DNA from: an uncultured Desulfosarcina sp.
Lineage (GTDB): Bacteria > Desulfobacterota > Desulfobacteria > Desulfobacterales > Desulfosarcinaceae
Reading direction: 5' to 3'
Length of the DNA: 64,000 bases
Assembly: GCA_963674945.2 (NCBI GenBank)
Contig: CAXXWQ010000004.1
Coordinates: forward strand, 2,656,001 to 2,720,000
The translations under genes were made by a program, and so were the position numbers. Below are positions 20,304 through 30,209 of the stretch, piece after piece. Every line of letters begins with the position of its first letter. Within the stretch, counting starts at the first letter, position 1. The notes beneath the pieces are model-generated. The model saw nothing but the letters and a program-made list of their open reading frames with translations. It searched no databases and was not told where the DNA came from.

Positions 20304-21395
20304 TTACTGCCCCAACAGTTCCAAGAGGTAACGGGCCACCGTATCCGCCCCGTTTTCGGATTGCATTCGGCCACGGGGAATACCGAGCAGTTCCGGCACA
20401 TGTCGAATCCAGTCGCCTCTTGCGTAGGCGTCATTGGGTATGGCCAGGCTCGGCATCTCGTCTTTTAAAAAGGATTCGAGAACCGCCGATTCCGGTGATG
20501 CGGGCCGTCCGATGTAGCCGAACGGAATTCCCGCGTGATAGGCTTCGGCGATCGTACTGTAACCGGCCTTTCCCACCAGTGCGTCGGCCGCCTTCATCAG
20601 GTCGGGATGCGGGAATGTCGAATGGGTGGGAAGCGTAATCACATCTTCGTGGGAAAATTGCATAGGATCGCATCCCGGAATGACCAGGCGCCAGTCCAGT
20701 CTGGGAGGAAGCGCGGAAAAAAAATCGTAGGTATCCGGAACCCCTCCCATGGTGAGCAGCACCATCTTTTCCTCCTCGGCGATTCCCAGCCGCTTTCGAA
20801 CCTCGCTTCGGGTGGAGAAGCCGTTGCGACTGATGGGTCCGACCTGGATGGCATGTTTCGAAGGCCGGCAAAGGGGTGGGGTTTGAATGTGGTAATCCGC
20901 CTGCCGGAACACGCCGGCCAGGTAATCGACGTGGGGCCGGAATCGAGGGGCCTCGGCCGCATAGTTTTCATAAATCCAATCCCAGGTGAAATTCTCCACC
21001 AGGACGCTGGGTAACCCCGCCGTTCGGGCCACGGCAATTCCCAAAGGCGAAATATCACAGATCACCATGGTCGCTCCGAGCCTGCGTACTTTCTCGGCCA
21101 GTTCCCTCACCCGGTTCTCGTCATAGGGCAGAGCAAGGTCCAATTGGTCGCAGGTGGCCGGCAGATCCTCCTGTAAAGGGGAAAGCTGGACCACACCCAC
21201 ATCCGAGGAGACCGGATGATAACCGAAGGTCTCTTTCAGGAAAATCGTGAAAAACGGCTTGGGAACGGTGGTGAAAAGTTCGAAACGGACACGCAAAAGC
21301 TTGGACTGCAAGGCCTGCATCACGGCTGTCGCACGACTCCCATGTCCGAATCCATGGGGGGTAATAAAATAAGCAATAATACGTTGCGTTGCCAA
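20304..21395 (-). CDS. GT-B fold glycosyltransferase-like protein
   Basis: ITPHGFGH, ENFTWDWIY, GKAGYSTIAEA; TTG start after GGAGG. Confidence 0.75.
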   Translation of the reverse strand: MATQRIIAYFITPHGFGHGSRATAVMQALQSKLLRVRFELFTTVPKPFFTIFLKETFGYHPVSSDVGVVQLSPLQEDLPATCDQLDLALPYDENRVRELAEKVRRLGATMVICDISPLGIAVARTAGLPSVLVENFTWDWIYENYAAEAPRFRPHVDYLAGVFRQADYHIQTPPLCRPSKHAIQVGPISRNGFSTRSEVRKRLGIAEEEKMVLLTMGGVPDTYDFFSALPPRLDWRLVIPGCDPMQFSHEDVITLPTHSTFPHPDLMKAADALVGKAGYSTIAEAYHAGIPFGYIGRPASPESAVLESFLKDEMPSLAIPNDAYARGDWIRHVPELLGIPRGRMQSENGADTVARYLLELLGQ

Positions 21396-21698
21396 CGGGT
21401 GCGAGCCTCCTGTTATCATGAGAACGCTGGTTCCGGCGGACCGTGCTTTCGACGCCCCGAAAAAAGATGTACGACGATCACGGGAATAGGACCATGTTTT
21501 CTTTACACCGAATAAAGACATTAAATCGTCAACGCACACAAGTAAAATTATAATTTTCAATGGAAACCGACCTTCCCATTGACATTACCGATTTGATTTT
21601 GGTTTTGTGCAGGATTACCATCCGAAAAAATTGTGCCCGTGCAGAAACAGGAATACTTCCCATTTCCGGACGGGTGCAAGCTAGCGATTGGAGGTCAG

Positions 21699-21944
21699 GT
21701 GTCCACAAACGGGGAATCTTGCCTTTCGGCCCAAATGACGGTATTGGAGATTCTCAGCCAATACCGATCCACCGAAGCGGTGTTTCGTTCATGGGACGAA
21801 CGGGCGGGCGCTTGCATCTGCTGCAATGCCCTTTTCGATACCGTGGAGCAAGTCGCGGACCGGTACCAACTGGACCTGGACCGGCTGATGGCAGAGCTCA
21901 TACTCGCGGTCATTCCCCCGCAGGACACTGCCAACCCTCGATAG
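21699..21944 (+). CDS. Small hypothetical protein (DUF1858-like) directly upstream of selD
   Basis: GGAGG plus GTG start; MTVLEILSQY...CICC..LFDT. Confidence 0.65.
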   Translation: MSTNGESCLSAQMTVLEILSQYRSTEAVFRSWDERAGACICCNALFDTVEQVADRYQLDLDRLMAELILAVIPPQDTANPR

Positions 21945-21954
21945 GAGACAAAAC

Positions 21955-23016
21955 ATGGTCGAAAAACCCAATAACGAAAGCGGCCCGCGCCTCACGGAAA
22001 CGGTAAAAGGGGCGGGTTGAGCCTCAAAGCTGCCTCCAGGGGACCTGGATAAGGCATTGTGCGGGCTCGATTTTCCTTCGGATGACAACGTGTTGGTCGG
22101 CCTTTCCCGTGCCGATGACGCCGGCATATACCGGATTTCCGATGAACTGGCACTGATCCAGACGGTGGATTTCTTCACGCCTGTGGTGGATGATCCCTAC
22201 TGGTTCGGTCAGATCGCCGCGGCCAACGCCTTGAGTGACGTCTACGCCATGGGCGGTGTTCCCAAAACCGCCATGAACCTGGTGGGCTTTCCCCTGAGAA
22301 CAATGGACCTTTCCGTGTTACGGCAGGTGATCCAGGGGGGAATCGATAAGGTCAGAGAGGCGGGAGCAGTGCTTTTGGGCGGGCACAGCGTGGAAGACGA
22401 TGAACTCAAGTATGGCCTGTCCGTCACCGGTTTCGTTCATCCCGATCGGATCCTCACCAAACAGGGGATCAGAGCCGGCGACAAACTGGTACTGACAAAG
22501 CCCCTGGGCACGGGAATCGTCAACACCGCAATAAAAGGAAATCTGGCATCGGGAGAAATCGCCCGCAAGGTGACCGACATCATGGCAGCACTGAATCGCT
22601 CTGCTGCCGACGTCATGACACATTATCCGGTTCACGCCTGCACGGATATCACAGGTTTCGGACTCATCGGCCATCTGGCCGAAATGATCGACGGCACCGG
22701 GTTAGGCATGAAGATCTTCGTGGAAACGTTGCCCGTTATCGACGTGGCGTTAGGTTTTGCGGCCATGGGCCTGGTACCCGGCGGCGCCCACAATAACCGG
22801 AGTTTCCGCTCCCTCATGGTAGATATGGACGAGGGTGTGGACAAAGCCATGGAGGATGTCATGTATGATCCGCAGACCTCCGGTGGTCTTTGCATCGCCG
22901 TACCATCCGTCTCTGCGGATGCCATGGTGGACCACTTGAAGGACGATGGGGTCGAACACGCCACCATCATCGGAGAGGTCGTGGATTATCCGGCGGGCAT
23001 CATTCAGGTCCGATGA
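21955..23016 (+). CDS. selD: Selenophosphate synthetase, selenoprotein form (UGA 22018-22020 = Sec)
   Basis: AGGAG-ATG 21955 reads MVEKPNNESGPRLTETVKGAG-TGA-ASKLPPGDL in frame with the SelD body (DDAG, TVDFFTP, ANALSDVYAMGG, GGHS, DPQTSGGL). Confidence 0.95.
22031..22056 (+). promoter_or_regulatory. Bacterial SECIS-like hairpin
   Basis: TGCC-TCCAGG-GGA-CCTGGA-TAA-GGCA starting 10 nt after the UGA, G-containing apical loop. Confidence 0.75.
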
Positions 23017-23182
23017 CCGTTGCGGAGCACCCGATCTTTTGGGGTGTCGATGCTCTTCTTCACGGCGGAATCGTAAAAAGGTCCTTTTTAATTGGAATGA
23101 TGAGCGAGTTCCGTAGAAGTCTATTATCATTTGTTTTGATGAACGAGTTGCATAGAAGTTAGCAAGCGAGGATGAATCTGGT

Positions 23183-23791
23183 ATGAAACAAATCGACGCA
23201 AAAGGGCTCTCCTGCCCGGCGCCGGTCCTGGAGACAAAAGTGGCCGTGGATGAAAGCCATCCCCGGATGATCCAGGTACAGGTAGACAACGAGCCGGCCC
23301 AGCAGAATGTAGCGCGTTTTCTGCAATCCCAGGGATATCGAACCGAGGTGGACCGGCAGGGAGAAATCTTCACCATCGTGGGAACCAACGAAGGTGCGGC
23401 AGAGGATGAAGCTCGTCAGCCCGCACCCATGGATACGGACGATACCGAGCAGACGACTAAAATCGTGGTAATGGTGACCACCGACCGGCTGGGAAGCGGG
23501 GACGATGAATTGGGCGGCAAACTGATGATCAATTTCATCAAGACCCTCAAGGAGATGGGCCCGAACCTGTGGCAACTGCTCCTTCTAAACGGCGGCGTGA
23601 AGTTGGCCATCGAAGGCGCCACGACCCTGGCAGATCTTATGGACCTGGCCGAATCGGGGGTTACGATTCTGGTGTGCGGCACCTGCCTGGATCACTTCGG
23701 GTTGCTGGATCAAAAAGAAGTGGGCGAAACCACCAACATGCTGGATGTCGTCACCGCCCTGGAGGTGGCCGACAAGGTGATTTCCATTTAA
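23183..23791 (+). CDS. yedF: Selenium metabolism protein YedF (TusA/SirA plus DsrE domains)
   Basis: IDAKGLSCPAPV, GDDELGGKLM, NGGVKL, VCGTCLDHF, TNM; next to selD. Confidence 0.88.
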   Translation: MKQIDAKGLSCPAPVLETKVAVDESHPRMIQVQVDNEPAQQNVARFLQSQGYRTEVDRQGEIFTIVGTNEGAAEDEARQPAPMDTDDTEQTTKIVVMVTTDRLGSGDDELGGKLMINFIKTLKEMGPNLWQLLLLNGGVKLAIEGATTLADLMDLAESGVTILVCGTCLDHFGLLDQKEVGETTNMLDVVTALEVADKVISI

Positions 23792-23823
23792 CGTAACTTT
23801 CGGGATTGGTGTCTTGGGATGTG

Positions 23824-25374
23824 TCACGAAGGCGTCGTGTTTGCGCCGAGAAAATCCGCGACCTGATTGGCCGCCCAAACCCCCGACGCCATGCAACTGA
23901 GCACACCGGCGCTGATAGCGCCGGCCCCGACGACAAAGAGCCCGTCGATACCGGACTTGCAATCGAGAAACCGGCAGGGACCGAATTGATCCGGCGTTTG
24001 TGCCGGACCGAAATTGCCCCCCTGGTAACTATTGACCCAATAGGCGTTGGTCAGCGGCGTGGCGAACTCCACATAGGTCAGATGATCACCAAGACCGGGG
24101 ATATAGCGCTCGGCGCTGCGGACGAGGGACATGCCGATCCGGTTCTTCAGCCGAAGATAGTCCTCGCCGCGCTTGCGACTCGAAGTGCCTGACCATTGAC
24201 CGAAAGGATGGGTTTCCCCCAGGCTGGAGATGATTTGGAGGGTGTGGCAGCCTTCAGGGGCGTGATGACTTTCGGGGTCTTTCAACGATGGTGAAGTGAT
24301 GAAGTAGTAAGGAAAAGGTTCCTCGGTCTTTCTCGTAGCGATCGCCCCAAAGGTTCGATTCACGTCGGTATAGTCAAAATGGATCAGGTTGGCATCGGTC
24401 ATGCCGATACCGGCAAGGTCTATTTGGGTGCCGACAAATGCGTAAAATGATCCCCCCGAAGGGCGCATCCTTGCCACCTTCTTCCTCGTGCCCCGCGGTA
24501 TGAGACGGGGATCGATCAACTCGCGGAAGGCAATGAGTGGATCCACGTTACTGACGACGCTCTTGGCCGTAAACACCCCCTTTTCGCCACAGGTGACCAC
24601 GAACGTTCCATGGGACCGATGAATACCGGTCACCGGCATCCGGCTTTTCAGGACGGTGCCGTATCGCTTCAGGGCCGTTACGAACGCATCCCGGAGGGCG
24701 GCGCTGCCGCCTTTCGGATAAAAAGCCCCTTCCAGATAGTGATCCAGCAGCATCATGCACAAGAAGGCCGAAGCACGTTCGGGGGGAAGTCCGCTGTTGC
24801 CGCAATGGGCGGACAATGCCGCCTGAAGATTACGGTTGTCCGTAATGTCGTCCAGCATCTTCTGATAGGTAGCGCGATGATACCGCATGAGGACTGAATG
24901 CCGGAAGATATATTGTAAGCGGGAAAACAGACTTTTGGGAGGACCCTGGGGATCGGAGAACGCCTTCAGCAAACGGTCGAGCAGTTCAAAATATCGACGG
25001 ATGGCCGTTGATTCGCCGGGGAAAAGACGGTGGAGCCGGCTTTGGAATCGTTTGGTACCTTTGCACAGCCTGAGTTCAAAGTCCGGAAACAGGTATCGAT
25101 CGAAACCGTCGGGATCGATCTCGACGAAATCGACGGATTCATCCAACGCCAGCAGCCTCAAGATCTCCCGAAAGGAACCACCGGGACCGAGTTTCCCCAG
25201 ATAGTGAAGGCCGGTATCGAAGCAAAACCCGTCTCGGACGAAGGGATTGATATACCCACCGAAAGCGGGCATGGCCTCCAACACCAAAACCGAAATATCT
25301 TGCTGGGCCATGCGCAACGCCGAACTGAGCCCTCCGGCCCCGCTGCCCACGACAATGGCATCAAAATCCGTCAA
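23824..25374 (-). CDS. Phytoene desaturase/retinol saturase-like FAD oxidoreductase
   Basis: VVGSGAGGL, FDTGLHY, YPKGGS, ATPLTN. Confidence 0.85.
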   Translation of the reverse strand: MTDFDAIVVGSGAGGLSSALRMAQQDISVLVLEAMPAFGGYINPFVRDGFCFDTGLHYLGKLGPGGSFREILRLLALDESVDFVEIDPDGFDRYLFPDFELRLCKGTKRFQSRLHRLFPGESTAIRRYFELLDRLLKAFSDPQGPPKSLFSRLQYIFRHSVLMRYHRATYQKMLDDITDNRNLQAALSAHCGNSGLPPERASAFLCMMLLDHYLEGAFYPKGGSAALRDAFVTALKRYGTVLKSRMPVTGIHRSHGTFVVTCGEKGVFTAKSVVSNVDPLIAFRELIDPRLIPRGTRKKVARMRPSGGSFYAFVGTQIDLAGIGMTDANLIHFDYTDVNRTFGAIATRKTEEPFPYYFITSPSLKDPESHHAPEGCHTLQIISSLGETHPFGQWSGTSSRKRGEDYLRLKNRIGMSLVRSAERYIPGLGDHLTYVEFATPLTNAYWVNSYQGGNFGPAQTPDQFGPCRFLDCKSGIDGLFVVGAGAISAGVLSCMASGVWAANQVADFLGANTTPS

Positions 25375-25422
25375 CGTCTTTTCCCTTTCAACTTGGTGCT
25401 AACGCCAATTTTTCCGGATCGA

Positions 25423-26424
25423 TCAATTGGGAGGAGCGATGGCCTTGCATCGGGATTCCATCAAGACTTGAATCACCTTTTTTTGATCCGGGGTCAGCGT
25501 ATCGAAACGAACACCGACGCCATTGGGATCTCGTCTCACGACCCGCCCGTTGATGGCCAGGGTTTTGGAAAGGATCGGGGAAGATAAAAAGATCGTCAAT
25601 TTCTGCGCAACCCTGATGGGCTGCTCGGTCTCCACGTAGGCCCCCCCCTGACTGATATCACGCAGGCAGCATTGGTAGGTCCAATCGGCGATCTCAAAAT
25701 CCACCCCCACGAGGCAGTCGAACCGGTTGTGTTTGCGCAGATCAGACCCCTGGCTGTGCTTTTCATCCACGATTCGACCGCTTTCGAGAATCAGGTTCAT
25801 CAGCGGTGTGTTGATTTCCCGTTCCATTTTAAAAGGCGCATAGTCGATGTCGATCCAAACGTTTTGCCAGGATAGAATATGCTGAATGGCGGAATCACCG
25901 GTCAAAAATCCCATTTTTGCGGCGATGGGGTTGCCATTTTGGACGAAAACCGTTCCGACTTTCCCTTTGGTGGCAACCCGTAGTGTACACGACAGTCTAT
26001 CGAATTCCAGCATCTGGAGAAACGCGGCAAGGGAGACGCCCCGAAGCTGTCCACCATAGTCGATCTGCAGTTCGGTAAAGATTCGCTTGGTCAGAAGACC
26101 GATGTCCAACGGTTGATCGAAATGGATGACCGTCGGCATCTGTTTGATCTTTGTTCGAAACATTGACGATGCGTTGTTGGTCATGACGATAATGCGGATA
26201 TCCGGATATTTTCCCACCACCAGGGAGGCCAACTCGAAGGTGTCCATTTCATTCAGATGCTGACCGGCAATGAGGACATGAATCGTTTCACTGGCAAGAA
26301 TTTCCAAGGTCACCTGGACGTTGGTTGCCGAGGAAATGTTCAGAAATCCGCCCTGGCCTCTCAACAAACCAGCGACAGTATGAAGCAGAATGGGATCACT
26401 GTCGACTACGAGTATTTTCTTCAT
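25423..26424 (-). CDS. Receiver-like, DUF4388 and PilZ domain protein
   Basis: KILVVD receiver fold; G.LRGVSL..FLQM (DUF4388); RKHNR and DISQGG (PilZ). Confidence 0.8.
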   Translation of the reverse strand: MKKILVVDSDPILLHTVAGLLRGQGGFLNISSATNVQVTLEILASETIHVLIAGQHLNEMDTFELASLVVGKYPDIRIIVMTNNASSMFRTKIKQMPTVIHFDQPLDIGLLTKRIFTELQIDYGGQLRGVSLAAFLQMLEFDRLSCTLRVATKGKVGTVFVQNGNPIAAKMGFLTGDSAIQHILSWQNVWIDIDYAPFKMEREINTPLMNLILESGRIVDEKHSQGSDLRKHNRFDCLVGVDFEIADWTYQCCLRDISQGGAYVETEQPIRVAQKLTIFLSSPILSKTLAINGRVVRRDPNGVGVRFDTLTPDQKKVIQVLMESRCKAIAPPN

Positions 26425-26436
26425 TTTCTCACAATC

Positions 26437-27246
26437 CTACGATTTCAATATCTCAGGCAGCACTTCATAGTGATCGAAAGGCGGCATGATGCAGGCACCG
26501 GCGAATCGTTCGCGTGCCAGGGAAACCATTTTCCTGGCATTTTCGACACCCGCAGCCACCGGATCAGCGGCTTCGTGCATTCGACGTCGCAGGCTTTCCG
26601 GGACGGCGATTCCGTCGACTTTTTCGTGCAGAAAGTCCGCGTGGCGGGGGGTGCGAAGGGGAAGAATGCCCATGATCACGGGAATTCCGATATTGCCGAC
26701 GGCATCGGCGATCTCATCGGCGCCCGCATCATCGTAAACGGGTTGGGTGACGGCAAACTGGGCACCCGCATCCACTTTCCGCGCAAGATGGGCGACGGCC
26801 CGATTCAGGCCGTTGTTCTCCGGATGGGTGTCGAAGACGACGCCGGTTCTCAACTTCGCCGCACGGGCCATCTTTACCAAACCGTACACATCGGCATCCC
26901 GAACCGTCGTGGTATGATGGCGGTCTTTGTAAGCGACGAAATCACCCGTGGCCACCATTACGGTTTCGATCCCCAGGGCGCGCGCGCCCCACAACTCCCC
27001 TTGAAGGCTCAAACGATTGTGATCACGGGTGGTGACATGCAAGATAGCCTGTCTTTCCGTCCTGTGTTGGATCAGGCTGCACAAGGCCATGGCACTCATG
27101 CGCGGTTTTGCCACGGGATTGGTGGCAACACTGAAACCGAAAATCGGCAGATCGACCAGGGAAGCCAGCGCATCCAATAATATAGCAGGATCCGGCCCCT
27201 CCGGCGGAACCACCTCGATGGTTACGACAAAAGTTTCGTCAAACAT
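26437..27246 (-). CDS. Methylenetetrahydrofolate reductase family protein
   Basis: TIEVVPP, LHVTTRDHN, TGD, KVDAGAQFAVTQPVYD. Confidence 0.85.
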   Translation of the reverse strand: MFDETFVVTIEVVPPEGPDPAILLDALASLVDLPIFGFSVATNPVAKPRMSAMALCSLIQHRTERQAILHVTTRDHNRLSLQGELWGARALGIETVMVATGDFVAYKDRHHTTTVRDADVYGLVKMARAAKLRTGVVFDTHPENNGLNRAVAHLARKVDAGAQFAVTQPVYDDAGADEIADAVGNIGIPVIMGILPLRTPRHADFLHEKVDGIAVPESLRRRMHEAADPVAAGVENARKMVSLARERFAGACIMPPFDHYEVLPEILKS

Positions 27247-27579
27247 GTCAGATCCTCTTTCAGCGAGCCGCCTCATCGATGAAATGCGTTGCAGCGAGGT
27301 AAATTGTCATCCTGCGCGAATTATTTTTATTTCATGGAAAATTTCTCTCAAAATATCCTTTTGTTTTTTTTTGGTCAAGGATGGATCTTCCAGGTACCCT
27401 CCGCCGTAACGATATTATTCGGTTTTTTCCGGTTCTACCGGATCCACGAATGCCAAAGCACATTTATGTAAACAAAAACATATATACTTACAATTATGTG
27501 CTTTGTGCCACACCAAGAACCACCGCAGAAAATGACGATAACGAATTGATCCCTGATGGTTAGGTCGTATCTTCGAATA

Positions 27580-27595
27580 TGGCACATGTCTTGAA
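27580..27595 (+). promoter_or_regulatory. Possible sigma-54 (-24/-12) promoter
   Basis: TGGCAC-ATGTC-TTGA with correct spacing (TTGA in place of TTGC), about 35 nt before the ORF at 27631. Confidence 0.5.
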
Positions 27596-27630
27596 ATCAT
27601 TGTGACCAGATCAACGAAAGAGGTGTTCTG

Positions 27631-27819
27631 ATGATAGCGATAAATAACATTAATTGTAATGGAGAAATCTGGCGCAAACTTCTCAACAGTGTGGCGGGGA
27701 AATATGACTGCGGTGTCAATTTTACCATTACCGCGGGAAGATTGGGTTTCGAAGGTGACCGGGCGTGTGCCGAAGAGATCGTCAAAGAGGTCCTGACGTT
27801 GCTCAATGGCAAGGCATAA
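27631..27819 (+). CDS. Small hypothetical protein (62 aa)
   Basis: GAGG RBS, candidate sigma-54 promoter upstream, intergenic position. Confidence 0.55.
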   Translation: MIAINNINCNGEIWRKLLNSVAGKYDCGVNFTITAGRLGFEGDRACAEEIVKEVLTLLNGKA

Positions 27820-27864
27820 TCGCAAGGATGGCGCCCGTCTGCCGTTCGCCAATGAATCAGCCAA

Positions 27865-28332
27865 TCACGGGTATCGACCGGAAAGGTTGATCTCCCCTTT
27901 TTCCTGGACACGAACCACGGGGGTCAATCCGCCAAAATCCAGTTTTGCGTTCAACGAATAGGCGATGGAATCTTTTTTCTTGTTCATCAGTTCCGATAAG
28001 AGGCGGATGCTGTTGATCATGTTGGCCGTGGCAACCAGTGTCACGTCACCTTCCCCGTACCCTTCAATCACCGGCAGTTCGTTGGCGACGCCCGTCAACA
28101 GATCATGTCCTTCCAGGGATAAGGTGTAGGCGATCCCATGAAGTTTCAGGGAGGTCCGGTTGGGGTTGATGATATGCAATCCGATTTCGAACTTGGGTGT
28201 CAACCCATCCGAGGCCAATGGACGGATCTGGGTGACGTTTACGGTGGGAGTTTCAAAATCCGACTTCATCGTTGCACATCCTGCCAAAAGAAGTGCAATG
28301 AAGAGAAACGGCAATCGTTTGCACGGTTTCAT
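27865..28332 (-). CDS. LEA_2/WHy domain lipoprotein
   Basis: Lipobox LAGC; NPN motif. Confidence 0.85.
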   Translation of the reverse strand: MKPCKRLPFLFIALLLAGCATMKSDFETPTVNVTQIRPLASDGLTPKFEIGLHIINPNRTSLKLHGIAYTLSLEGHDLLTGVANELPVIEGYGEGDVTLVATANMINSIRLLSELMNKKKDSIAYSLNAKLDFGGLTPVVRVQEKGEINLSGRYP

Positions 28333-28349
28333 AGGCTCACTCCCCTTTT

Positions 28350-28613
28350 CTATTTCCCCATGATCATCAATAACGGGATGAAAACCAATCCGGCCAGGGC
28401 AAGGTACAAACCGTTGAGTATGCGCTGATATTTGTAACGCGTCGCCTCATCCGGCTCTTCCGTGGCCAATTTCTTGAATCGGCGGTAATCTTCCATCCAC
28501 CCGGTCATCAGATCCACATGGTATCCCTTGTCCTTCAACGCCATCTTGATCTGTTGAAAACTGTGAAGGGCAAACACCAGGGCACCGATCAAACCGAAAT
28601 GCAGCCAGCTCAT
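28350..28613 (-). CDS. Small hypothetical membrane protein
   Basis: GAGGAGG RBS, two TM segments. Confidence 0.7.
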   Translation of the reverse strand: MSWLHFGLIGALVFALHSFQQIKMALKDKGYHVDLMTGWMEDYRRFKKLATEEPDEATRYKYQRILNGLYLALAGLVFIPLLMIMGK

Positions 28614-28801
28614 GGCGCCTCCTCTTGAACATAAAAAAGTGACATCATCGATTTCGCGATTCAAAACAATCTACCACACATTTCAGATGGGTGCCAACAT
28701 CCGTTTTCTTTCCCATTGACTTCGTTCATACATGGCGATAAAAACTCTATCTAACTGGATTAATGTTACATTTTCACCCAACTCGGGTTTCCCCGCAAAA
28801 G

Positions 28802-28976
28802 TGATGAACTTGTGAAAAAGTCCTACTCGTAAAAGGCTTTGTAAAAAGTTCGAGATCAAGGATTGCGAACCCCGAGAATACCGCTATCGCGGGTGCCGTA
28901 GGCAGCGTATGGTTGGATACGTCGCAGTGACGAGGGGTGAAGCGTAACGCAGATATCGGGCTTTTTACAAAGCCTT
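28802..28976. repeat. GTAAAAAG-type palindromic repeat (MITE/REP-like)
   Basis: IR aaggctttgtaaaaag (28833) / ctttttacaaagcctt (28961) plus an outer half-repeat; reverse-complement homolog of 33319-33471. Confidence 0.85.
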
Positions 28977-28990
28977 CTGATAAAAAGAGC

Positions 28991-30205
28991 ATGACAACTG
29001 CTGAACGTTACCAACGGACGTTGGGATACATGCTGCTGGCATACATGACCGCGATGATCGCCGTCGTCACATTCATTCCTTTCGCGTTCACCGTCCCGAA
29101 AACCATCCAGTTCACTTTACGAGGCAATCTTTTCGATGTGTTGATCAACATCGTTCTTTTTGTTCCCCTCGGTTTCTTCTTTCAGACAATCCATGGCCAT
29201 GCTGGCTGGAAGTCGCTTATCGGTGCGCTGTGTTTTGGTTTGGCGGTTAGCTGCATCGTCGAAGCCGGACAGCTTTTTCTTCCCTCGAGATATTCATCAC
29301 TCATCGATATGATCACCAATGGAATGGGCGCCTTGCTGGGATCAGCCATCGCAGTCTATCATCAACGGCTGGTGCGAAACGGGCGCATACCGGAACTCCT
29401 CGGATTCGGATTACCGTTGATCTCTTCTGTCTATCTTCTCGTCCCGTTGTTGTGGTTGGGGGGAATCTCCATGGGCCATGAGATTTCTCGTCTGGGATTG
29501 ATGGCCCTGGTGGGCGTGCACGGCGGCGGAGTAATCTCCTCTGCCGTCGTAAACCGGGCAGAAAATCGCATAAGATGGCCCGGATTGGCGGTATTTGGTA
29601 TTACGACATGCTGGTTTATGATCGGTGCGGCACCCGCCTTGCCCCATTTTCCACTCGCGACGGCAGCAGTCGGCTGTACTGTCGGTGTTGCCGCCCGGCT
29701 TTCAGGACCCTTCTGGAAAAAAAAGGATACAACGGAACGGCGGTTCGAGCTGCCCACACTGAAACGGCTTTTACCGATTTACCTTTTTTACCTGCTGCTC
29801 GTAACCGTCTGGCCGACCACTGTTCCGTTGAGCGAATGGTCACTGCGCGGCGAATTTCAATTGCTTGACCAGGCAAAGCGCGTATTGTTCATCTCGAGGT
29901 TCGTGGAGGTAATCGCGGCCTTCACGCTCCTGGGCTATCTGTTGGCGGAGATATCAGGCAGGAAGAGGGAATCCGGTCTGACGTCGTTAAAGCGTGTGCT
30001 TCTCTATGTCATGGGCATCGCCATCTGTATCACCACGCTGCACAATGTACTCGTAAAACCGCTGTATATCTTCGTTGAGACGGCTATACTCACCATTGCC
30101 GCCATGTATGGGGCAATCGTATACAGGCTCCAGCTGGCGGTAGTAAAAAAGTACGGAGAAAAAAAGAAAAATATTGGAAATCGGCCGCCAGCGGTCGGCC
30201 GGTGA
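28991..30205 (+). CDS. VanZ family membrane protein
   Basis: NIVLFVPLGF, E..Q.FLPSR.SS..D...N..G. Confidence 0.8.
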   Translation: MTTAERYQRTLGYMLLAYMTAMIAVVTFIPFAFTVPKTIQFTLRGNLFDVLINIVLFVPLGFFFQTIHGHAGWKSLIGALCFGLAVSCIVEAGQLFLPSRYSSLIDMITNGMGALLGSAIAVYHQRLVRNGRIPELLGFGLPLISSVYLLVPLLWLGGISMGHEISRLGLMALVGVHGGGVISSAVVNRAENRIRWPGLAVFGITTCWFMIGAAPALPHFPLATAAVGCTVGVAARLSGPFWKKKDTTERRFELPTLKRLLPIYLFYLLLVTVWPTTVPLSEWSLRGEFQLLDQAKRVLFISRFVEVIAAFTLLGYLLAEISGRKRESGLTSLKRVLLYVMGIAICITTLHNVLVKPLYIFVETAILTIAAMYGAIVYRLQLAVVKKYGEKKKNIGNRPPAVGR

Positions 30206-30209
30206 AGCA

